Assembly: GCA_046497565.1 (NCBI GenBank)
Contig: JAWOFK010000092.1
Span: forward strand, 836 to 64,835
Direction: 5' to 3'
Source of the DNA: Dehalococcoidia bacterium
Lineage (GTDB): Bacteria; Chloroflexota; Dehalococcoidia; GIF9; AB-539-J10
DNA length: 64,000 nucleotides
The position numbers and the translations under genes are program-made. Positions 57,830 through 64,000 of the stretch are shown here, piece by piece. A model generated the notes under the pieces. The model had not been told where the DNA came from. It ran no database searches and saw only the letters and a program-made list of their open reading frames with translations. Every line of letters begins with the position of its first letter. Position 1 is the stretch's first letter.

Positions 57830-58513
57830 TTAGAAAGTAAGAGAAATAAGGCGAGTGAGGGTGCTGGTAAGCAGCCCAACGCCCACTGCTATGAGTAGTA
57901 TACCGCTGAGCAGGGAGACCGTATTGGCGCGCCGGCTAAGCCATGTGAGGACCGGCGTTGCCGTTCCCATGGCCAGTCCGATGGCGATAAAGGGTATGCC
58001 CAGCCCCAGCGAGTAAACAAGAAGTAGATAACCTCCCTGCCATGCGGTTTGCGCACTTGAAGCCAGAGCCAGGATGCCGGCCAGCACAGGTCCTACACAG
58101 GGTGTCCATCCCAATGCGTAGGCCGCTCCCAACCCGATCGACCGCAGGTATCCTGAGCCCTTGCCAGCGGAGTGTTTGAAACGCATTTGATAATTGAGCC
58201 ATGGTATCCTGGGCGCGATAAGCAACCAGACCCCGAATACTACCAGCACAGTACCGGCTATCTTGAAAAGTAAGTTAGTGGGAATAACTGCTCCTATCAA
58301 TCCTGCTGAGGCTCCCAGGCCAGCGAATACAAGCGAGAAGCCGGCCACAAAACTAAAGGCGTGGAATGTTGTGCGCCGGCGGCTCATTTCCGGTGCCAGG
58401 GATGAAGCACCTGCCAAATTGACTATATATACCAAGGCCAGGGGTAGCACACAAGGAGAGAGAAACGAAAGCACCCCCGCAACGAAAGCAACTCCCAAAG
58501 ACAATTCATCCAT
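57830..58513 (-). CDS. ccdA: Cytochrome c biogenesis / DsbD-family transmembrane electron transporter CcdA
   Basis: 227 aa, 6 TM. Conserved Cys in SPCVLP and TPCVGP. Confidence 0.9.
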   Translation of the reverse strand: MDELSLGVAFVAGVLSFLSPCVLPLALVYIVNLAGASSLAPEMSRRRTTFHAFSFVAGFSLVFAGLGASAGLIGAVIPTNLLFKIAGTVLVVFGVWLLIAPRIPWLNYQMRFKHSAGKGSGYLRSIGLGAAYALGWTPCVGPVLAGILALASSAQTAWQGGYLLLVYSLGLGIPFIAIGLAMGTATPVLTWLSRRANTVSLLSGILLIAVGVGLLTSTLTRLISLTF

Positions 58514-58600
58514 AGAGAATTATAGTTAAACGCCTTGATTCAGGCTGTAAATCCTTTCCCCGTCAGGCATTCGTATCCGTTACCTCACCTTTCACCCCAA

Positions 58601-59764
58601 TCATAACCCTTTTAGAAGTGGGGACATAGCTCGCAACTTGGCGATAATTCCGGGCAAGACCGCCAGCACCCGCTCTACATCTGCCTCGGTGTTCTCTCGC
58701 CCCAGCGTGAACCTGAGCGAGCAATGAGCTTGCTCGGGGGGGAGCCCCAGCGCCACAAGAACATGGGACGGTTCAAGGCTTGCAGAACTACAGGCTGAGC
58801 CGGTGGAAGCACAGATGCCCTCTAAATCGAGATTCAAGAGCATGGATTCCCCTTCAACAAAATCAAAGCTCATATTGACATTGTTGGGCAGCCTTCTCGT
58901 GGGATGACCATTTAACCGGGTGCGGTCAATCTTCTCCACGAGACCTTTGATTAGCTTATCACGAAGATGGGTTAGCCGTTCTGCTTCCCTGCCCATCTCC
59001 TGCCGGGCAATCTCCACCGCCTTGCCAAAGCCCACGATAGCAGGAACATTCTCCGTACCGGCCCTGCGTCTCTTCTCTTGCTCTCCTCCATGCAACAGGG
59101 ACACTAACCTGGTGCCTTTCCTGACATACAGGGCCCCTGTTCCTTTGGGTCCGTATAACTTATGGGCTGAAATGGCGAGCAAGTCCACGTTAAGTTCATC
59201 CACATTCACCGGGATATGCCCCACTGTTTGCACGGCATCGCTGTGAAGATAGACCCCGGCCTCCCTGGCAATTTTGCCTATTTCCTCGATAGGCTCTATG
59301 GTGCCTACTTCGTTGCTGGCATGCATGACCGAGATAAGGATGGTTTTATCGGTGATGGCTTTCTTGACATCCTGGGGGTCCACCAGGCCATGCTCGTCTA
59401 CCGGCAAATAAGTCACCTTGAATCCCCTTCCTTCCAGGAATTTGCATACTTCCATTACCGCATGGTGTTCGATACGAGTAGTGATGATGTGGTTCCCTTT
59501 ATGTTCATTGGCATAGGCAATGCCCTTAAGTGCCCAGTTGTCCGCCTCTGTTCCTCCGCTGGTAAAAATGATCTCCTCGCTCACGGCGCCGATAAGCTCT
59601 GCCACCCTGGTTCTGGCCTCTTCTATGGCCCCCTTTGCCTCCTGTCCATAAGAGTAGATGCTCGACGGATTACCGAAGGCATCGGTGAAGTAAGGCAGCA
59701 TGGCCTTCACCACGTCGGGATGAGCCGGCGTGGTGGCGGCATGGTCAAGATATATCCTTTGCAT
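58601..59764 (-). CDS. nifS: Cysteine desulfurase (NifS/IscS class)
   Basis: IYLDHAATTP, PLP lysine context (SAHKLYGPKG), active-site loop (STGSACSS). Confidence 0.95.
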   Translation of the reverse strand: MQRIYLDHAATTPAHPDVVKAMLPYFTDAFGNPSSIYSYGQEAKGAIEEARTRVAELIGAVSEEIIFTSGGTEADNWALKGIAYANEHKGNHIITTRIEHHAVMEVCKFLEGRGFKVTYLPVDEHGLVDPQDVKKAITDKTILISVMHASNEVGTIEPIEEIGKIAREAGVYLHSDAVQTVGHIPVNVDELNVDLLAISAHKLYGPKGTGALYVRKGTRLVSLLHGGEQEKRRRAGTENVPAIVGFGKAVEIARQEMGREAERLTHLRDKLIKGLVEKIDRTRLNGHPTRRLPNNVNMSFDFVEGESMLLNLDLEGICASTGSACSSASLEPSHVLVALGLPPEQAHCSLRFTLGRENTEADVERVLAVLPGIIAKLRAMSPLLKGL

Positions 59765-59857
59765 CTAACCCTCTACTATATCTCCGACAACAGAGTCACC
59801 CCTCACTCCTTTGCCAGTCACCCGGGCAAATCCACTGCTAACTGGCAACAGCAATGG

Positions 59858-60253
59858 CTATTCAAATCCATTTCTGGTTCGTACCACGAGGGTAAGGTCC
59901 CGCAAATCCTCAATTACAACCTCTGCCCCTTCTGCAACAGCACCGCCTCTGCAGACAGCTTGCCATATTTCACCTTGCACTCGAACCAGACCTTCGGGGT
60001 TCAGTGACGTCATGCTCTTCCCCGTCAGTCCTACCATGCTGTCACAGCCAACGGGTGACTTCTTCCGCTGGTCTAAGAGGATGCGGTACAGTAACCAGTA
60101 CAATGCTGCACATACAACAGCGGCCAGGATATAGGCCCAGAACGGAATCAGAACACCCAGTCTCCAGAGCACAAAGATTATGAGGCCTGCTATAACTATC
60201 TCATCAAGAAGCAGGACGAATGCTTTGAGATGAATACCCCATTTCTTTTTCAC
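59858..60253 (-). CDS. Short NfeD-family membrane protein (orphan)
   Basis: 131 aa with two TM helices and an OB-domain signature (GLVRVQGEIWQAV...GAEVVIEDLRDLTLVV). Confidence 0.75.
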   Translation of the reverse strand: MKKKWGIHLKAFVLLLDEIVIAGLIIFVLWRLGVLIPFWAYILAAVVCAALYWLLYRILLDQRKKSPVGCDSMVGLTGKSMTSLNPEGLVRVQGEIWQAVCRGGAVAEGAEVVIEDLRDLTLVVRTRNGFE

Positions 60254-60550
60254 AGAACCTCATCCATGCCCAAATTGCTTCATGCTTCTGTGCGAAAGCT
60301 CGCAGGCCAAACATTCCGTACGTGCATAGTTAGCAGTGTGAAAAATACCACAGTGCTGCTGGCCATAATCATTGCGCAGCCAAATTCTATCAAAGCTCGA
60401 GCCGGCAAGCCAGTTTCTCCATCTTGTGAATTGGAGCAATTCCGCCAATCATTGCGCGCTGTGCAGATACTCAAGTAGGGCTGCACGCGCCAAACGACTT
60501 ATGCTATATTGATAAGGAAGGCAAGCGCTTCATGAGAAAGGGGCGGGAGT

Positions 60551-61138
60551 ATGTCACGAAGAAACAAGGACCGCCAGTCAACTGGCCGCAGAAAACCGAA
60601 ATCAAGACAGACGAGTAGCCTGTCAACGAAGAAAAAGTTGCTAATTGGAGTGGGTGCCGCAGTGGTCGTCGGCCTCATTACAGGAATAGCCAGTCTCGCT
60701 GCAAGGCCACCCACGACAATCACCGCTACCATTAAAACGGAAAAAGGGGATTTGGTGCTGGAGCTGTTCGCCAGGGATGTTCCCATGACAGTCAACAACT
60801 TTGTAGAGCTAGCCCGCGATGGGTTCTACGATGGCCTTACATTCCACCGGGTTATCCCCGGCTTCGTAGCCCAGGGAGGATGTCCCAACGGCGACGGGAC
60901 CGGTGGTCCCGGTTATCAATTTGACGATGAAATCACCGAGCACACCCATGTTACCGGTGCGCTCTCAATGGCCAACTCCGGCCCCAATACCAATGGCTCG
61001 CAGTTCTTTATCACATATGCCCCTCAACCCCACCTCGACGGTAAGCATTCAGTATTTGGTCAATTAATAGAGGGAACGGACGTTCTCAAGAGCCTTGAGA
61101 ACGGCGATGTCATGATACGAGTTACCATACACGAATAG
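60551..61138 (+). CDS. Membrane-anchored cyclophilin-type peptidyl-prolyl isomerase
   Basis: Basic N-terminus plus a TM helix, then [13 protein letters not shown]...GTGGPGY.F.DE...[18 protein letters not shown]. Confidence 0.9.
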   Translation: MSRRNKDRQSTGRRKPKSRQTSSLSTKKKLLIGVGAAVVVGLITGIASLAARPPTTITATIKTEKGDLVLELFARDVPMTVNNFVELARDGFYDGLTFHRVIPGFVAQGGCPNGDGTGGPGYQFDDEITEHTHVTGALSMANSGPNTNGSQFFITYAPQPHLDGKHSVFGQLIEGTDVLKSLENGDVMIRVTIHE

Positions 61139-61457
61139 CGGCTCGATATAGCTAGAGTCGTCTTGCTGGCCTCTTGCCCAAATTCGCATAGCCGCCAGTG
61201 TCCCACAGGCTTGGGACGCTAGATGGCAATCTGACAAAAAAGGCGTCCTGTTGAGCCTGAACCCCAACTATTCGCGAGTGGAGAATACCATGCTATGATT
61301 GTGAGAGAACGGCCCCGGCTGCCGCCGGACAATGACCGTCGTCATAGAAGATGGTGAGGTGGCTGTAGCTCGGCTTGGTTAGACAGGGTTCGTATTCCCC
61401 ACGAATTTGCTCTCTGTTTTCGGCTGGACAGGCTGACATCCTACCGTAACGTCCGTC

Positions 61458-61485
61458 TTGACAATCTGAGGAACGATGATAAAAT
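61458..61485 (+). promoter_or_regulatory. Promoter candidate for the small-membrane-protein cluster
   Basis: TTGACA (61458-61463), 16-nt spacer containing TG (61477-61478), TAAAAT (61480-61485). It lies 41 nt upstream of the 61527 ATG. Confidence 0.55.
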
Positions 61486-61526
61486 TTAAATAGGGCCAGT
61501 ATTCTCCGAATGTAAAGGAGGGCAGC

Positions 61527-61670
61527 ATGTTTGGTTTGAGCAAAATAGTTCTAGGTGTCATAGCGATTGTCGCCGGTTTACTTATACTGATATTCCCTCA
61601 TTTACTGGCATGGATAGTCGGGATTTTCCTTATAGTCTGGGGCATACTCACAATGTTGGGCAAGAAATAA
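61527..61670 (+). CDS. DUF3096-like small membrane protein (47 aa), not in ORF track
   Basis: AAAGGAGGG lies 6 nt before the ATG. Product MFGLSKIVLGVIAIVAGLLILIFPHLLAWIVGIFLIVWGILTMLGKK: two TM helices with the IFP...L..IVGI..I..GI pattern. Confidence 0.7.
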   Translation: MFGLSKIVLGVIAIVAGLLILIFPHLLAWIVGIFLIVWGILTMLGKK

Positions 61671-61711
61671 CAGGGTTAACACTCTTAATTTTAGAAAGGA
61701 GGTAAGATTCA

Positions 61712-61870
61712 ATGCCAGCGATTACGTTTCCAGCTTTAGGTCTATGGATGGGGATAATAAGCCTTATTTTCGGCGTTATTGTTATGATTTTCCCCAAGAT
61801 ACTGAACTACCTGGTTGGTATCTATTTCATCATCATTGGCATAATGGCTATTATAGCGTACCTCAGGTAA
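61712..61870 (+). CDS. DUF3096-like small membrane protein (52 aa), paralog, not in ORF track
   Basis: AAAGGAGG lies 9 nt before the ATG. Product MPAITFPALGLWMGIISLIFGVIVMIFPKILNYLVGIYFIIIGIMAIIAYLR. It shares the IFP..L..LVGI...I.GI pattern with the preceding ORF. Confidence 0.7.
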   Translation: MPAITFPALGLWMGIISLIFGVIVMIFPKILNYLVGIYFIIIGIMAIIAYLR

Positions 61871-62032
61871 AGATGACTCTGGTGGTACTGAGTTAGCCAC
61901 CAGTAATCGGCGTTTTGCTTGTGGCCTGCATAACGCAGAGCGTCATTATCAGGGAGGCTTGCATAATAAGCAAACAGGCTCACTTCGCCGGGCAGCTAAG
62001 TGAGTAGTGCTAATAAGTAAAAGGAGGTCAAT

Positions 62033-62185
62033 ATGCTTCGTTTACTCGTTATTATTGGTATTATCCTGTTGATTTTGTGGCTGCTGGGGTGGCTTATCGG
62101 CTTCATAGCAGGCCCGTTCCTCTGGGTTTTACTTGTGATTGGAATCATCTTGCTGATTTTCTGGCTTGTGCGGCGAAGAAGATAA
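62033..62185 (+). CDS. lmo0937/DUF5670-like small membrane protein (50 aa), not in ORF track
   Basis: AAAGGAGG lies 5 nt before the ATG. Product MLRLLVIIGIILLILWLLGWLIGFIAGPFLWVLLVIGIILLIFWLVRRRR: two TM helices and a poly-Arg tail. Confidence 0.65.
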   Translation: MLRLLVIIGIILLILWLLGWLIGFIAGPFLWVLLVIGIILLIFWLVRRRR

Positions 62186-62291
62186 GAATCAGATGTCAGT
62201 TCCGTATCTGGATATAACGAGGTTTAAGCAAAAGCGTTAGACTTTAAGCAGAATCAATACAGTAATATTAACTGAAGGGAGGGCAGGAAAC

Positions 62292-62432
62292 ATGCCAGCA
62301 AAAGATGGGACTGGACCGGCTGGAAGCGGACCGCGTGATGGACGCGGTCAGGAAGCAGGCGGAAAAGGTCAGAGGAGCACGCGAAAAGGTCAAGGAGCCA
62401 GGAGTGGAGGCAAGAAAGGCGGATGCAAGTAG
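62292..62432 (+). CDS. DUF5320-like Gly/Arg/Lys-rich small protein (46 aa), not in ORF track
   Basis: GAAGGGAGGG lies upstream of the ATG. The N-terminus MPAKDGTGPAGSGPRDGRG matches the MPxxDGTGPxGxGPxTGRG signature I recall for DUF5320. It competes with the listed ORF 62305-62550 in another frame. Confidence 0.5.
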   Translation: MPAKDGTGPAGSGPRDGRGQEAGGKGQRSTRKGQGARSGGKKGGCK

Positions 62433-62577
62433 AAGGCGATTCTGCAAAACGAAGACCGCCGAGGCAATCTGGAGGCTCCTCCCCATCGACGGTCTTGTGA
62501 ATTTGTGGGGGGATCGGCTCAACCACGATGCACTGATGATGACGGTTTGAGAGGTCAAGAGGGTAGCACTTATTGCA

Positions 62578-63027
62578 GTGGAGTTGAGACAGAGCATCGT
62601 GTCTAAGAAGCCTGTACGGCCCGGAAGCAATCTCCCGGGCCGGCTTGTTATAGGCATTTTCCGACTGGCGCTTGAAGAACTGGCGATTTATGCTATCTGG
62701 CGATGGCTGCTGCCGGAATTTGACATCAGGTTGCCGCTCTTCGTGGTTATCCCAATCATGGTGGCGTGGGCTTCTTTCGCGATAGCCAGGTTCATTCTCG
62801 TCACTCGTGTCTTGAGGAAGCCAGAGATGGCTGGTCTCCCTTCCCTGGTAGGGAGCGTAGGCAAGGTGGTGAGCCCACTTACTCCCCAGGGCACGGTGAG
62901 AATCAAGGGTGAGACGTGGACAGCGGTACTGGTTGAAGGCGACCAGGCCGCGGTCGGCGAGGAGGTCACCGTGACGGATATGGATGGACTTCGCCTTCAT
63001 GTGGTGCCGGGGCGTCCCCCAGAGTGA
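62578..63027 (+). CDS. Short NfeD-family membrane protein (orphan)
   Basis: GTG start; 149 aa with two TM helices and an OB signature (GTVRIKGETWTAVLVEGDQAAVGEEVTVTDMDGLRLHVV). Confidence 0.75.
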   Translation: MELRQSIVSKKPVRPGSNLPGRLVIGIFRLALEELAIYAIWRWLLPEFDIRLPLFVVIPIMVAWASFAIARFILVTRVLRKPEMAGLPSLVGSVGKVVSPLTPQGTVRIKGETWTAVLVEGDQAAVGEEVTVTDMDGLRLHVVPGRPPE

Positions 63028-63152
63028 GTGATTCACTGAAATGGAAAGGAGAAGGCAAGTATCTGCTTCTAATGCTTGTTTGCAGCAAACCGATGTGAAG
63101 TGTCTGTAATATGGTAGAATATTTTCGGTAACCCGGATTCAGCGCGGGAAAG

Positions 63153-63251
63153 ATGTACAAGAAGAAGAGAGTAGCGGCCTTAAAGCATCGCCGGCGCCAG
63201 CAGAAGCTCGAGGAGAGAAGAAGAGCCCAGGCTCCAGCGCAGGAAGGATGA
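63153..63251 (+). CDS. Candidate 32-aa highly basic peptide translationally coupled to the NTPase gene
   Basis: Product MYKKKRVAALKHRRRQQKLEERRRAQAPAQEG. Its TGA overlaps the NTPase ATG (ATGA). Only a weak GGGAAAG SD is present. Confidence 0.3.
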   Translation: MYKKKRVAALKHRRRQQKLEERRRAQAPAQEG

Positions 63252-63772
63252 AAAGGGCCCTGCTGTTAACCGGCAAGCCGGGCTCGGGCAAGACTGTTAT
63301 CATCAAGGAAGTCGCAGCCAGGGCGGCGCTCAATGCTGGCGGTTTCTATACTGAAGAGATACGGACTGGCGGCACAAGGCAGGGGTTCAGGATCATCACC
63401 CTCGATGGTCAGGACGCGGTTCTCGCTCATGTCGGCATCTCCAGCGCCTATCAGGTAAGCAGATACAAAGTGGACATAAATGCTCTGCACCGGGTTGGTG
63501 TCTCTGCTCTGCGCCAGGCGCTGCGGGAAAGCGATCTGATAGTCATCGATGAGATTGGCAAGATGGAGCTCCTGTCGCCCCGGTTCAGGGAAACCGTTAC
63601 GCAGGCAATAAACAGCGGCAAGAAAGTCCTGGGCACCATCATGCTCAACCCTCATCCCTTGGCCGACGAAATCAAGCGCCATCCTGAAGTGGAAGTGCTC
63701 TCGGTGACCAGAGACAACCACCCTGAGGTAATGGGGAAAGTGTTAAGCTGGCTAGCGGAAGAGGTGAACTGA
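63248..63772 (+). CDS. THEP1/COG1618-type nucleoside triphosphatase
   Basis: Walker A (LLLTGKPGSGKT), GFYTEEIR.GG.R.GF, Walker B (VIDEIGKMEL). 174 aa. Confidence 0.85.
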   Translation: MKRALLLTGKPGSGKTVIIKEVAARAALNAGGFYTEEIRTGGTRQGFRIITLDGQDAVLAHVGISSAYQVSRYKVDINALHRVGVSALRQALRESDLIVIDEIGKMELLSPRFRETVTQAINSGKKVLGTIMLNPHPLADEIKRHPEVEVLSVTRDNHPEVMGKVLSWLAEEVN

Positions 63773-63798
63773 GCCCGCTGGCTGTAAGGCAGCCCTGG

Positions 63799-64000
63799 CT
63801 ACCTCTGGGGCTCGATGATTATTTTGAGACAGTCCTGGGTTCGGGCGACAAGCTGGAAGCCCAGCTCCGTTTCCGCCAGGCCCAGCCGGTGGCTGATCAT
63901 GTCCCTCACGCGTATTCTGCCGGCACGTATCAACTCCAGTGCTGCGGCATAATCGGCAGGGCTGCCTCCGTAGGAGCTGGTGAGGGTTATCTCGTTGCGC
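63799..64000 (-). CDS. C-terminal fragment of a zinc-type medium-chain alcohol/threonine dehydrogenase family protein (5' part beyond window)
   Basis: Minus-strand frame open from the window edge to the TAG at 63801-63799. Product ...RNEITLTSSYGGSPADYAAALELIRAGRIRVRDMISHRLGLAETELGFQLV...IIIEPQR, typical of an MDR C-terminus. Confidence 0.55.
   Translation of the reverse strand, partial: RNEITLTSSYGGSPADYAAALELIRAGRIRVRDMISHRLGLAETELGFQLVARTQDCLKIIIEPQR

Noticed and set aside
61361-61400. tRNA-like fragment GGCTGTAGCTCGGCTTGGTTAGACAGGGTTCGTATTCCCC (D-arm-like followed by T-arm-like sequence)
   Set aside because: There is no anticodon arm, no complementary 3' acceptor strand downstream, and the D-stem does not close (GCTC versus GACA). 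It is at most a decayed tRNA remnant and cannot be supported as a gene or an integration scar.
62254-63036. 260-aa ORF on the minus strand, the longest unexplained ORF in the track
   Set aside because: It is exactly antisense to the DUF5320-like ORF and to the NfeD-family gene, which is supported by three paralogs in the window. Its composition (His/Arg/Ser/Pro/Cys/Trp-rich) is typical of antisense frames, and it has no SD.

Overview
A 64-kb, densely coding chromosomal segment with about 70 CDS and 2 tRNAs. It has no rRNA, CRISPR array, transposase or integrase. Gene content suggests an anaerobic Chloroflexota/Dehalococcoidia-like bacterium, but this is inference from gene families only.

Gene order, left to right:
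- a corrinoid methyltransferase module: MT2-like methyltransferase, MetH-activation-domain-like protein, RACo-type reductive activase and a methyl-THF methyltransferase
- an acyl-CoA ligase, then a cytoplasmic molybdopterin oxidoreductase translationally coupled to a ferredoxin/GltD-like flavoprotein
- rplJ-rplL with a leader attenuator; DUF502; ComM/YifB; two tandem PAC2-family genes
- a FAS-II operon: two MaoC hotdog proteins, plsX, acpP, fabL-like, fabF, fabG
- tRNA-Met and tRNA-Gly; H+/Na+-PPase; uvrA; HD and HAD hydrolases; proBA; plsY
- a PaaK/F390-synthetase-like ligase with a YkoP-like protein; mscS
- a hisZ-hisG-hisD-hisC-hisB operon
- an NfeD(long)-NfeD(short)-stomatin operon
- a long minus-strand sulfur/cofactor array: small GGG-terminated protein, MOSC, fdhD, nadA, cutA, thi4, COG1900, NIL-ferredoxin, UPF0280, pyrD
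- MFS transporter; ThiF/MoeB-like E1; YHS-containing permease with arsM; mnmA
- nifU, tlpA-like, ccdA, nifS
- a cluster of small membrane ORFs that are absent from the ORF track
- a THEP1-like NTPase

The most unusual signals are:
- three families of short palindromic repeats that fill the intercistronic spacers of the his and homocysteine operons, and that also sit in frame inside proA and hisC
- a tandem-fused HisG whose N-terminal copy is degenerate
- an L7/L12 with a 42-aa Lys/Glu-rich N-terminal extension
- a PAC2 pair lacking HbYX tails
- several unannotated small ORFs with strong Shine-Dalgarno (SD) sites

All homology calls come from motif recognition by eye. No database search was run.
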